NCBI RefSeq assembly: GCF_036321535.1
Contig: NC_087436.1
Span: forward strand, 110,362,001 to 110,426,000
DNA: 64,000 nucleotides
Direction of reading: 5' to 3'
Source of the DNA: Camelus dromedarius
Lineage: Eukaryota
Shown: piece by piece, positions 50,481-63,574 of the stretch
Numbering within the stretch: the first letter of the stretch is position 1
Layout of the letters: the number at the start of each line of letters is the position of its first letter
The notes under the pieces: model-generated
The model's input: the letters and a program-made list of their open reading frames with translations, nothing else
The model's database searches: none
What the model was told of the DNA's origin: nothing
Translations under genes and position numbers: made by a program

Positions 50481-53214
50481 CTGTTTTGATTTTTCTCCCC
50501 CAAAACCTATGCCTTATGTCTTTGCTACACAGATTGTGGTCCACTTATTTACTGGAAGCCTTGGCATCGCCAGTGCAAATTATGCAAATCATGTGGCTCC
50601 TTGGCAGAACTTCTTCTGGCAGGAACCAGCAATCTGGCTCTACACTTGAGTCTCATGCATGCTAAAGTTTGAGAAGCATGGTTGCATGTGGTTAAAACTA
50701 ATATTCTCTATATCCCTCCCATAAAAATGCTTCCTTTTCTCCCCGTCATCTCTGACAAGTCTATTTCCAGTTCTGCCTCTTCCTGAAGGCTAAACAAACG
50801 TAGTCTATAAGAACGGTGTCAAAATTTGGAAGCGAGCAACTTTTTTCTAATACTGAGTTTGAGGCTCATTCCATATGGCCGTAGCGACTCAATGATAGCG
50901 CCGAGGTGTTTCACAATCCACTTAGGGTAGTTCCAATATGGTATGTGCCTGCTCATCGTTGCCTTACACAAAAACACTCACAAAGAATGGACAAGGCAGT
51001 ACTTGAACTTATGTCTATTTTCTATCCACAGTTCTCATTTCGATACTACCAATGATGGCAGTATCCTACTGCGATATCCTTTCTTATAAATGCTTTCATT
51101 GTAAATAGTGCAGAAAAGAGAAGCTGAACTTAGAATAGTGAAAGGATGGAAAACCTTGTTCCTAATTAGGCTCTTGAGTTTGAAAAACTCTATTCTTTTC
51201 ATGAGAGGAAATACTTCAGACTGAGCATCAGGAAAAAGAGATGCTGTATAAGGACTGAGAATGGGAGATTGACAGGCTAAAGGGAATGTCCAATTTGTTG
51301 CACTTCTGAATAGGGGTTTTCAGTGTTCTGCCTGAGATTGTTTCGCACTATCTTCTGTTCTTTCCCTCTTTCTTTCTCCCACAATTGCAGTTTGGGGAGT
51401 TGTAACTTTCTCAATTCATGCCCTTGCTCTTAATTTATTAGTCTCTCTCTTCTCCATGTTTTGAATGAGGTATACTTTTAAAGAAGTATACAAGTTTCTC
51501 CTTTTTCAAAGAAACATCCTAGCAAAATGGAAATGAAGATATCTTCAGAAAGAAAGAAAACAAGGGGGGAAAATCAGGGAAGGCAACACTTAGAGAAAAG
51601 ATAATGAAAGCCCCCTATTGGTTTCTTACACAAACTAGCAGGAGTGAGGCAGTGCTGAGAAGGCAACAAACAATAAAAGCAGAGAAATAACCTCCACTTA
51701 GGATCTTTGAAAGAAGAAAAAATTACACTCTCTGCTCCTATGCAGGAACAACAGGACCACCCAGGAGGGACAAGAAGAGACAGGGCTCCCCCTTTCTTTC
51801 ACCAAAAAAGATACTGCAAAATATCTTCCAAATTATATGTGGTAATATGCTAAGACTGTTTCTAAACAGGTATTTTGGGAACTTCTCATTCAAATGAGGG
51901 TGACTTTTATCAGATTTGGTCTTGGAAGTGTAAACTCACCTACAAGATGCTGCCCGTGATTGACACAGCTTGGGGTATCTTCTCTGAGAATTGTCTTTAG
52001 GATGCTGTTTTTCTTCCTCTTCTGCAGGGTTGTTTGGTTGGTTTGTTGTTTTGTTGGTTTGTGTAGTGCGCCTCATTTATTTTGTTCATTTCATTTTTAA
52101 AACTGGCCGTTACAGTGACATGCTATGAAGAGTTTTTGATTGAATTCTGAATATATGGCCTTTTAGAGCCAGTCTACAACTGTCTGGCACTCATGCAATC
52201 AGAGGCAGCTGGACGGACTGAATTCAACAGAGACTGCAGTGACCTGGACTTTCGGTGTTTCAATCCCAGCTCCTTTATCTGTGGGATGCACAGCGCCTGT
52301 GACACACCATCACTCGTCCCTTCCTTTCCAGCCATCTAAGAGTGCTGGTAATCACATTCCCAGTCATATGTTGGGTTTGGAACAAAGGACAGGCAGGTTA
52401 TGTCTACCTAATTCCAAGTAAACAAACCAAGGTATTAGGTGTTTCTGGTTCACTACTGTGTTTTTTAATCCATGTCTATTCTCGCAGTTAGTGGAAATCC
52501 ATCCTAGATTACAGAAACAGGTTGATCATTACCACTCAGTTTTAGTGGTAGTGCATTTTTATCCTTTCCTCCTTTTCTTTATGAGTAATTATTGGAAGTA
52601 GATAAAAGCTCTGCATATTCAGATTTTTTTCTTCCCCTAAGCTTACATGTATACAGTGTCTTCTTTTATTTTTACAAAGGAGGCCATACTAAATATTACT
52701 CTGCCTCTCCTTGGGACTAAGCAAAAAAGTTGGAGTAACAGAAGTACATTTTTTTAAACTGCCTTTGTTTAACCCTCATTTGGTTGTGACAGCAAGCTCT
52801 CCAAAGAATGAATAATTTTCATGGGCTGAGGCCTTCCGTGGAGGCTTCCACATACATTCAGGAAATGTGCCTCACCCGTGGTCCTCTGCTCAGTCCCACC
52901 AGGCCGAAAGGACAATTTGGCTGCTTCTTTACTGGAGAGGGACCCATAAACCCTCAGTCTCACCCTGGGGAAGAGAACCATTATTCCCCTGAGCCTGAAT
53001 TGAGTTGAGAAGGATAATTTGACTGTTAATTTTGTCAAATCATGACACTCTAAGCAGTCAGAACCATATAGACAGGGATATGGAAAATTTTAACAACCCG
53101 CCATGTTCAGAGAAATAGTAGAAGGTGCCGACATTTGAAATGTGAGTGACGGGGAGGTGTGTACCAAACAGCACACAAGTTCAAAGTGCTGGTGCAAACT
53201 GTAAAGACCTAGCC

Positions 53215-53392
53215 CAGGGTTTCTCAATGCGTAGTCTGTGAGCCAATCTATAATTCTGATTACCTGGACTGATAGCTAAAAATGTAGGTTCCTAGGCTCT
53301 GCCCTGGACTAATTACCTCAATAACTTTGCCTTAACACCCTTTCTTAAGATGTATCCTAATATTCTGAAGTGAACTAAATTTCAAAAACCAG
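53215..53392. mobile_element. MER5-family MITE
   Basis: cagggtttctcaa...gattacctgg...taaaaatgtaggttcctaggc. Confidence 0.6.
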
Positions 53393-53974
53393 CGTATTAT
53401 CCATCTCAGGATTTTAAAAGGCTAAATGAGTCAGAATATTGTTTTTTAAGTTACTTTATAAATTGGATAAGCATCATGCTAACTTTATATAATATAGTTT
53501 ATAGGTAAGTAGAGCAAATATCAAACCATGGAGAGGCTGTACAAATTTAAAAATATATGTGTGTTTCTCTTAGAAACACATTCCTATAATTGTTTATAAA
53601 CTGAAAGTTCTGATTATTTCTTTCAAGCTACCTTGTTTCAGATGAACAGATTAGTGGAATTCAACAGCGATTAAAATAGAGTCAATTTCCTGATCATTAT
53701 CAATTGGACTTGCATGCGTTAGTTTCAAAATCTTTTAGCGTTTCCCAGGCTGTATTCCTAAGTTTAGTCAATTTTTAATATAAAATCCTACTCTAATAGA
53801 TATTGATTTTCCCATGTCATTATTTAGGCCAGACCATTACTACCTTCCAACTGAAAAGCCTCTTAACTGCCTACAGAGGCTCCAAAATTCTACAGCATTT
53901 CCATCACTCCAAATAATTTGTAAGAAAACCTGCATTAAACCTGACCTAACAAACCACGTCACTGATATATACAA

Positions 53975-54185
53975 TTGGCATAAAGGAAGAAAAAGTGTTC
54001 TTATTTGTAAATGACACAATTGTACACCTGGAAAACTCAGAAGGCATCACTGAAAAGCTATTACAACTAATAACGGCAGTCAGTAAGATACCCAATAGCA
54101 GAGTAAATATATAAAAATCAATAGCTTCCTCCATAACAGGAAAAGAAGTTAGGAGAGATAATGAAAAGAACATTATTTACAAAGC
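53975..54185 (+). mobile_element. Old L1 ORF2 RT fragment
   Basis: ttatttgtaaatgacacaattgtacacctggaaaactca is a degenerate LFADDMIVYLENP; also ataaaaatcaatagcttcct. Confidence 0.75.
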
Positions 54186-54279
54186 CATCATCTCTGCAGT
54201 CCCTGAGCAGTGGCAGGGTCCTTGTGGAAGGCGAGTGGTCTCCTCCCCAGTCCCACGAGGAGGTGTCACGTAGCAGTCC

Positions 54280-54445
54280 TGGAGCCACACTTCTTGTGTT
54301 CAAATTCTGACTGCTGTCAGCAATGTGACTTGGAGGAAGTTAAATAAGCTTATGCCTCAGTTTCCTCATCTCTAATGTGGAATAATTAAAAGAAAATACT
54401 TGATTGAGTTATTGTGAGGACAATCTGTTTTATGTGAATGAAGCA
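54280..54445 (+). mobile_element. MIR SINE
   Basis: atgtgacttggaggaagtt...tgcctcagtttcctcatctctaatgtgg. Confidence 0.8.
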
Positions 54446-55259
54446 TTATAGGTTATGACTGTTTGACTAGAGACTGTATGATGATTTATGTACATATATA
54501 CACATATAACAGGGCTGCACAGGTAATTCACCTAGAACAGAGCCTGGCACAAGTGGGAAACACTGAATACACCTTCACCGCGACTATGTGGCACGTGATG
54601 GTCTGAAATGACATCAAGTCTTGTACCAGGACCTGGTTACACAGCGTAACTTCATAAATACCAGCATTTGAACCTGATGATTTAAGATCCCTTCCAATCT
54701 TGGAATTTTATGGTTCATTGAAAATGCAAATTGATATTTTTATTTCTTCTCTCCTCTATAGGTTTTGTTGGTTTGAAGACTAGAAGTTTGGCGCATGTGT
54801 GCTCATGTCCCGCATATAAAACAAATTAAATCTTAAGAAAAGATAGGGCATTTTTAGCTATAAATCTCCAAAGCAAGACTCTAATTTCTTTTCACCTGTA
54901 AAATAAATTGAAACTTAAGAAGGGAATGGCTGACAGGGATGAATAGAAGGAGAGCTGAGAATCTCTGTTGCTGAAAAGTTGGGATGAACCATGCTGGTTT
55001 AAAAGGAATTTAGAAAGGCAGTTCAGGGAAATGTACATAATTTAGGCTCTAGTGCCCAAAAGCTAAGATCATAACCTCAGCTCCTACGTTCCCCACCTGA
55101 GGGAATTCAGTGGATTTCACCTGAATTCTTAGCCTCAGTTTCTTCATCCCTAGATAAAAATCAAATAGGAATCTGATTCCTAAGACTGTAGTGAAGGTAA
55201 AATTAGGAACTTGGCAGAACAAAATGTCCTATGAATATCAAGATTTAGGAGTCTGTTAC

Positions 55260-56492
55260 TCCAAATTCTTTTGGCTCTCTCGTCAGGCAAGGGCAACAAA
55301 AGCAAAGACACAAATGAGACTACATCAAATAAAAATCCTTTACACAGCAAAAGAAACTATCCACAAAACAAAGAGGCCACTGACTGAATGGGAAAAGATA
55401 TTTTGCAAGTGATAATATCCAAAATATACAAAAAACTCATACAGATCAACATAAAAAAAAAAAAAAGACTGATTAAAGCGTGGGCAGAGGATCCGAATAG
55501 GTATTTTTTCAAAGGTGACATACAGAAGGCCAACCAGCACATGATAAGGTCTTCAACATCACTAATCATCAACGAAGTGCAAGTCAAAACCACAAGGAGA
55601 TATCACTTCACATCTGTCAACATAGCCATTATCAAAAAGAACAAATAACAAGTGTTAGTGAGGATGTAGAGAAAAGGGGACACTTGTGCACTTAGGAATG
55701 TAAGTTGGTGCAGCTGCTATGGAAAACCGTATGGCAGTTCCTCAAAAAAATAAAAATAGCAATTCCACTTCTGGTTATTTATATGAAGAAAATAAAAACA
55801 CAAATTAGTAAAGATACAGGCATCTGTACCTTCATTGCAGCATTATTTACAGTAGCCAAGCTATAGGTTGATTAAAAAAATAGGGAGATGAAGAGGTACA
55901 AATTTCTAGTTGTAAAACAAATTTATAAAATGTACAGTGTGGGGAATATAGTCAATAACTGAGTAATTCTTTATATGGTGACATATCATAACTAGATTTA
56001 TCATGGTGATCATATTAAAATGTATAGAAAAAAGCACTATGTTGTGTAACAGGAACTAATGAAGTGTTGTAGGTCTATTACACTGCAAAAGTAAACAAAT
56101 AAATATACAAACAGACTCAAAGAACAAGAGGTCAGATTTGTGGTTACCGGAGGCCGGGGGATGGGAGGAGGGGAAATTGGATGAAGGTACTCAAAAAGTG
56201 CAAACTTCAAGTTATTAGATAAATAAAGGATACAACATGATACAACATGATAAATATAATTAACACTGCTGTATGAAAGTTGTTAAGAAAGTAAATCTCA
56301 AGAGTTCTCATCATATGGAAAATTTTTTTTTCTGTTTCTTTAATTTTGTGTCCATATCAGATGATGAATGTTCACTAAACCTATTGTGATAATCATTTCA
56401 TGACGCAGGTAAGTCGAATCATCATGCTGGACACCTCAAACTTACACAGTACTGTATGTCAATTATATCTCAATAAAGATGGATTTTAAAAA
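55260..56492 (+). mobile_element. Truncated L1 (ORF2 C-terminus plus 3' UTR)
   Basis: ORFs 55191-55412 and 55388-55648 contain [20 protein letters not shown] and [19 protein letters not shown]; ends atatctcaataaag. Confidence 0.93.
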
Positions 56493-58849
56493 GTGGAAGT
56501 GAGATCCAGAAAGAAACTGAAAATAGTGCGTTTAGAATCTGAGGTATCCCACTGAACAAAAAGGAAAGGATGAAAAACATTCATTTACAGAGCAGTCATT
56601 GGATGGGGTATACCAGAAAATAATGAAATTTTCCTAAGGGACCTGCCTATGGAATTCATGTTTGGGTCACATAGCTTAAGACACACTCTTCTGGGAGCCA
56701 CAGCAGTTAACATTATACATATGGCAGCTAATCCCAAGCACAGCCAGGGCACAGTGGCCTCTTGATTGACAGTTCTAGCAAGATTCTGCAGAATGGAAAG
56801 GACAGGTTCCTCAGTGGGAAATTAGAGGAAGGAAAATACATCTGGGTAGTCGAAGTCCCCAGATGACTTTCCATAATGGTTTTTCTGGGTTCACCAGTGG
56901 CCTTATTTTCCCTCATAGGCTAAAGTTCCTCCCCCTACCATAATGTTTTAGAAGCAGAACCTTCAAGGGTGTGGACTGGAATTCTGTACATAAGCCAGAC
57001 TCTCCAAATGGTCCAAGGTGGGTGCTGTGATGTATCCTCTCTACAGGCTCAGACCACAGCTTAATCCAGGTGAGCAGCACTGTGTATTTTTATGCTCAGA
57101 ACCCCTATTCATTAAAATTTCCATAGTGAATGAATAAAATCATGCCATGTGTTTTTCCATTTGTATGGTTTTAAAAATAGACATAAAAATTTATCATTTT
57201 TTAATTTAAATGGTACAGGTGGTTTTTCTGTTATCCTTTTTTATTTTTTTCAAACTACTCACCATTTCTTGCTTTTTTCCAAATTAAAAAAAAAAAGTAT
57301 CCAGATATACATCAGAGGTGCCAAGTCACAAATGAAGAATCACGCTAAATAAATTTCACTACAGACCACTCCACAGATTTTCCTCCACTTCAAAGAATTT
57401 ACCAAAGAAATTAACATTTGTATAAAATTTTGATCTTATACTGTTATCATCTTTCTTCTAAACCACTTTCACTCTGACTTGAAGAAACAAAAGTAACCTG
57501 TTTAGACATATGACAAAAATGTTTGAGATTATAGCTTTACCTTTCTAACACATCATCTGGTTGAGAAATATTTAAATGATTAACTGACAAAGAGCTGGCT
57601 TAGATAATTTTTTCTGGTCAATAGAAATTTTGATCAAATGGACAAGATATCTGGATGGTAAGAAAACACAATTAAGGTCTTTGAGTTTTTAACACTAGCT
57701 CCTCAAATGATACGGCCATGAGGGCTTTTTGTTTTAAGGGTTTCATTCAGGGAGCAGGAGAATGGAGAGACAGAAAATTGGAAGCATACAGTGATTCCCT
57801 TTCTTATACCCACCACCAAAAAAATATGCTATGAAAGTAGAAACAAAAACTTTGATCAGCCCATGGAGGACTCAAGTGGTATCTTTTAGATAACTTTAGA
57901 TTTTACTGGTAGATTGAAATGTTTGTTATTCATCATCTGCAAGTATAAAGAAGCATCACGTAGAGAAGAGGGTAAGAACTTTAGAACCAGAGACCCTAAA
58001 CCCTGAACTCTGCTGCTTCAGAGCCATACGTGTGATCCTTGTGAGTGAAGTAGTGTCCTGTCCCTCACATTCACCAACAGTATCCTCTGGGCTTTTTGAA
58101 AGGATTGGGAACACATCTAAAAGAACCAGGGGATCATCTAGCTTGTAACGGTGCTGAATGAATGATAGCCAGTATGAAACTTCCTCATAATAAAAGAAAA
58201 CTGTATCATAGGGAAGCAAATTTTGATCTCTGTTTTATCCAGAACCCCAAGGAAAGCTGAAACACCCAAGCAAACACAGACCCCGCCTTGGCCTGCGTTT
58301 CTAGGGATGCTGTTTACTTGACCTTCTTACTCCAGACACAGGAACTGACTGCAAGTAACACTTGGGTTCAGCAAGTACAAGTTTCTTGTCTTAAACGTAA
58401 TTGACAGACTTCTTTAACTTGGCACTGTGTAAAGCCTTCAGAAGTTTCCACTAAAGAAAAGGTGACTCCACGTCAGAGAATAAACTGCTTACAACACGGT
58501 TGTATAATAACTCCCTGCTCTGACTCAGGATCTCTGTGTCTTTTGATGTGTGATTCTGTGTCATCTACTGATTCACATCTGTGACACTCACTTATACTAC
58601 ATGCTCCTACCATGAGTCCACATGGGTATCCGAGTTGTGATAAACTAATACACACAGGTTCTAAATTCTTGTGTCTGCAATTAGTAGAATTTCGGTTTTG
58701 GGTTTTGATATTATTGTCATCAGTTTTGTTTTTGTTTTTTTCTTTTAAGGCATATATCACTTACATTGCAGGTACTCAAACCACATTTAACCAGGTGACT
58801 GTTAATATGTTACTACTTTGAGCTGGAATTCACTCTATTGCTATGCAAA

Positions 58850-59380
58850 TGCAGTGACTATAAAAATGACTGTTCCCAAAAGGGTGCCTACCCTGTGTGC
58901 AGTGCTATACTGGATACTCTCCTCTTTTTAACTAATTTAATCCTCTAAACATTCCTATGAAATATGTGTTTTATTCACAACTTAAAGATGAAGAAACAGG
59001 AGTGCACAGCTAAGCAAATGAGATGTTCCAAACCATATAGCCTATGAGGAACAGACCTTGGCTTTGAATCTAGATCCACGTGACTACAAAACCCATGCAC
59101 CTCTTCCCTACCACACAGCCTTCTCCACAATGACCCTCATCATTGCTGTCAGGACCATGTCTTAAGAGTGGGCTCTAGAATTTGATGGCTGGATTGGGAT
59201 CCCAACTGTGCCTCTAAGTGCAAGTGTAGGAATGAATAATAATTATTTTATTTAGTTAATAATGCTACCAATATAATTAATGCTACTCATTATTAGTAAC
59301 AATTAATAATAACAGGGGTATCACAATGATTATATGAGGATATAAGTGAAGGAACTTATAAGTGCCTTAGACGAAAGCAA
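58850..59380. mobile_element. Head-to-head MIR pair (minus about 58850-59120, plus about 59160-59380)
   Basis: cttaaagatgaagaaacagg...tttgaatctag (-); ttaagagtgggctctagaat...gatcccaactgtgcc (+). Confidence 0.6.
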
Positions 59381-60079
59381 AACTAAAATAAGTAAACAGA
59401 GATCCCTGTAGTTAGCACAGCTGTGGTTACCTCCATGGTGTTCTGCATTTTAATTATTCTGTGCTCATTTGACCCTGACTTACACAGTTAATTACAGTTT
59501 AAAATGTAGATCACAGAAATATTTCAGTGCATTTTAGTATATGATGTTAGATTCTGTATTGCATAGCTGGATCATTTATTATGTGTGTAAATTGTTTTGT
59601 ATTCATGAAAATTTGCACTAGACTTTATGTTACGATATCAAAACCACTAGTTTTAACTGGGAAAAAATATAGCTATGAGGCTACTAATGAGTCCCTTTTC
59701 CTCTCCTTTCTGGATTATAGTCAATTAAGATCACACAATAAGCCAAATCAAAGCTAAAACATAGGGCAACTTTATTACTGTTGAAACTGGAGAATGGGGC
59801 ACATTACTCTCAGAACCTAGGATTTCAGACCGAAAGCACCTTGAGTTACCCACTCAGTGGCAAGAGAAGTTAAAGAAAGAAATATGCATATTTCATCCAT
59901 ACAGAGAAGATGACTTTGCTCTATACCCTGAGGTAGACACAGAAGACCAAGGTCATGCATGAGCACTAACCTTTATGCAGCCAATAAAATTTTGATATAA
60001 CATGTCAAGTACTCCCCAGATTTCCAAGTCCAACACCACTCTTCCTCACATAGGGGCCGAGGTGATTCAGCCACTGCAT

Positions 60080-60695
60080 GTTCTCTAGCCTTCTCTCTCA
60101 TTGCTTTTGCTCTCATGCACAACAATCTGTCCAAGACAGACCTCGATCAGTCCTTTGTACTCACTGTTCCTGTTTCCAGATTCACTCCTTCTTGTGACTA
60201 GTTTCAGTTCAAAGGTCAACACCTTGGAAAGTTCTTCGACAACCACCCAAATAAAAAGGCTCTCTCCATTATCTCTGCTATATAATCCTGTTTTATTTTA
60301 TTCATAGTATCTGAAAGCATCTTGTCTATTTGTTTATTGAATAGCTTATTCTACTGGCTGGGTTGGACAAATGTTTTCTGCAAAGGGCCAAACAGTAAAT
60401 AGCTTAGGGTTTGAGATCCATATGGTCTCTGTTGCAACTTCTCAACTCTGTAATTGTAGTGTGAAGGTAGTTATAAGCAAAACAGAAATGAATTATCTGT
60501 GTTCCAATGAAACTTTATGTTCAAGATAGGTAACAGGCTAGATATGACCGAGATCATAATTCTCTGACCCCTGTGTTAGAACATGAACTTCATGACAATA
60601 GACTCTACCAGTCTTGCTCACCACTCTCTCCTATTCACATAAAACAGTCCCTGGAATATAGCAGGTTTTAAATAAATATTGTTGCGTGAATAAAC
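60080..60695 (+). mobile_element. L2 3' end interrupted by MER58A
   Basis: ctcactgttcctgtttcc; aaaacagtccctggaatatagcaggttttaaataaatattgttgcgtgaat. Confidence 0.75.
60358..60573 (-). mobile_element. hAT-Charlie MITE MER58A
   Basis: ttttctgcaaagggccaaacagtaaata...catatggtctctgttgcaacttctcaactctg...ctgacccctg. Confidence 0.88.
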
Positions 60696-61079
60696 ACACC
60701 CACGCTGAGGTCTGGCAAAGACTCCTCATGAAAGACAAGAAGGGCAGGGGGAGGGATAAACAGATTGTCCCCTAACAAGATCTAAAATAAAATTTTATAT
60801 AGTTTCTTCATTTATATAATAGATATGTAATCAATATTTTGGAATTGAATTAAGTTGACTTTTTTTTTTATTTCAACTTTATAGAAACATCCTGTTATGC
60901 CTCACTTACCAGAAAAATCACCAAATCAAAAGATTTTGCTTTAAAAAAAATAATTTACTTTGAGAAGTAAGCCAAAGTGATTTAGGGCTTTTGAGCGAGT
61001 AATCAAATCAGATGACTAAAGCAACTAAGATTGGTTTTACAGCCATCCTTGCTGGAATGCAATTGTTGAGGAAAAGGGG

Positions 61080-61410
61080 ATAATCAGGCTCAAAACCTGA
61101 ATCCCGTCACTGCTCCAACATCATTTTTTTTCTGTGACTGCCAGGACACACATTTTAATCTCTGAGCCTCAGTTTTCTCACCTGTGAAAATATTGACTCA
61201 TCTATCGATAATAAAAGCATACATATACTGAGTGCCTACTAGACAATATTGTTTTATAAGTTCTTTACACATATTATCTCACAATAGCTCTATGAAGGTA
61301 GAGATTCCATTTTACAGATAAGGAAACTGAGGCACAGAATTCTTGGGCAAATGAAAAGTGGTAGAATTGAGATAATTACATAGGTCTTGGAATCCCTACA
61401 CTGAGCTGCC
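61080..61410. mobile_element. MIR (+) followed by MIR (-)
   Basis: tctctgagcctcagttttctcacctgtgaaa; ccattttacagataaggaaactgaggcacag. Confidence 0.75.
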
Positions 61411-62034
61411 TGATACCTAAGCCCCCAGTGAAGTGAGGATAGTCTCTGGTGTATTCCTAACATTTCACTGTTTTTGAAATCTTTCAGTCATCTTATAATA
61501 TCATCCTACTGTCTCTCAGGTTTTGAGCTGCCACAATAATGAGCAGAAAGTAAACTCTATTACAATACGGGTACATGTTATACTGCATCTGAAAACAAAG
61601 TGTTTATTCATGACAGCAAAACACCAATTATGCTGGAATCTAGTTGTGAATTTTTTTTTTTAGTATATTTTTAAGTTTGGGAGTGGAGGTGATCTTTTGC
61701 ATTTTGTGTTCATTTTACAGGGAAAGAAAATAAAATCTGGGAAGAACTGATTTCTCAAGACCTATCAGATGGGTAATTTCAGAATTGGAACTCAAGTTAT
61801 AATAGCCTGACTCCTGGCATAGGGTCCTTTACGAAGCCAAAAAGCCAAAAGCAAGTCCCAACTCTAAGAGCGATAGCGGAGGTATCTGAGATTAAATATG
61901 ATTTCAGCATCAATAATGCTATGTTCCTGTGTGCCTGAGTATCATGTAAGAGAGAATGCGGGTGGAGTCTTCAGGGTGAAATTGAACCATGCGATGAAGA
62001 CTCTGCTAGGCGTCTCACATGGCTGTGATATCTC

Positions 62035-62200
62035 CACAATCATGCTGTGAGCAGACATTATCCTCATTTTAATCATTTAATAAATGAGGAAACTGAGCTA
62101 AGAGAGACTAGATAATTTAGTCAAAGACACATAACTTGTAATTGTAGCGAAGTAATTTAAACTCAGGCAATGTGGAATCCACATTTTTAATATCTGTGCT
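62035..62200 (-). mobile_element. MIR SINE
   Basis: aatgaggaaactgagctaagagag...tcaaagacacataacttgtaa. Confidence 0.7.
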
Positions 62201-63109
62201 AAAATACATTCTAAAAGGCGCTGAGCCTTTCCCTTAGAAACAGGTGCTGCTGTCTGGAATTCTCATTACTGGCTCTAAACAGTTGGGGTCATAGACTAAT
62301 CTAGAAAAGCCTCCTGTGTGGAGAGGCATACCAAGATGGTGACAGTTTTATTTGCTTCCCTCAACAGAGGCTTTGAAAAAGTTCCACAATGTGGTTCTCC
62401 TCAGTCTGCCTTATGATTAAATACACTTGGAAACTGCTGACTTAAACCAAGCTACACATATTCTGTTGGTTTGCTTTTGTTTGCTTGTGGGAATTGCCAT
62501 AACCCAGATACTCTAAAGAGCTTGTGAATCTGGAAGCAGAGACCTCGTGTATAATATTCCCTAAATGTGTTTGTCCAAGGAGCAACTCTAACCCACACTT
62601 TCGAAAATCTCTCTTAACATCTTCCTAAATTAATGTTCTGTATTTCTTTCATTTTAAAAGTTAACATAGAAAATTTAGAAAATGAGCTACCAGAATGACT
62701 CTCATTCATCATTTTCCACAATCCTGAAGACTGATACAGGACAATGAAGTTGGACAAGAGCGAAGGAGGAGAAAAAAGGTATGAAACAAAAGGTACAGTA
62801 GGTGAGAGGAAATTATAAAATTCTGTCCAATGTTGCACCCAGCACGTCTCAGGCAAAGGAGAGGCAGGTACAGTCAGATAAACGAATGAGGAGGCGATCA
62901 AATAAGTGGAGGGGTGGGAAGGAGGAAGACCCAACGCCTACAGAAGTGGGTCTAATGGTATTTAATGCATTGCACACTGAACTTTTCCTAGGTGTGGTGT
63001 CAGATTACAGTCAATAAATAAAAGTAACTTTACTCAACTGAAGATGAGTATTATCTGTCATATTGGTTTTGCTGGGTCAGAGAGTTAAGACCAGAGCAAG
63101 GTATCCCTT

Positions 63110-63574
63110 TGTTGTGGGTCAAATTGTGCCCTTCAAAAAGGTATGTTGAAGTCTTAACTCCTGATACCTGTGAAGATGACCTTATTTGGAAATAGGGTAT
63201 TTGAAAATATGATCAAGTTAAGATGAGGTCATACTGGATTAGGGTGGGTCCTGATCTAATATGACTGGCATCCTTATAAGAAGCAGCAAATTTGGATACA
63301 GAGATTTACCAGGAGAAAGCCACGTGATGATGGAGGCAGAGATTGGAGTGATGAGTTTACAAATCAGAGAACTCCAAGGATTGCCAGCAACCACTAGAAG
63401 CCAGGAAGTAGCCAGGAGGTAGCAAGGAAGTATCCTTCCCTTGAGCCTTCAGAGAGAGCGTGGCTCTGCTAACGCCTTGATTTTGGACTTTTGGCCTCCA
63501 GAAGTGTAATTTGTGTTGTTTTAAGCCACCAAGTTAGGAGTACTCTGTTTTGGAAGTCCTAGCACCCTATGACA
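63110..63574 (+). mobile_element. MaLR solo LTR, MLT1B/C-like, full length
   Basis: tgttgtgggtcaaattgtgccc...gaccttatttggaaataggg...ggattgccagcaaccactagaagc...ttttaagccacc...gaca; 5-bp TSD ccctt/acctt. Confidence 0.93.

Noticed and set aside
51941..52022. Minus-strand exon candidate with a strong donor (tag|gtgagt)
   Set aside because: The acceptor lacks a pyrimidine tract and the open frames resemble no known protein.
58530..58590. Possible hairpin (gtgtc/gacac, gatgtg/cacatc)
   Set aside because: Stems are short and interrupted; not convincing.
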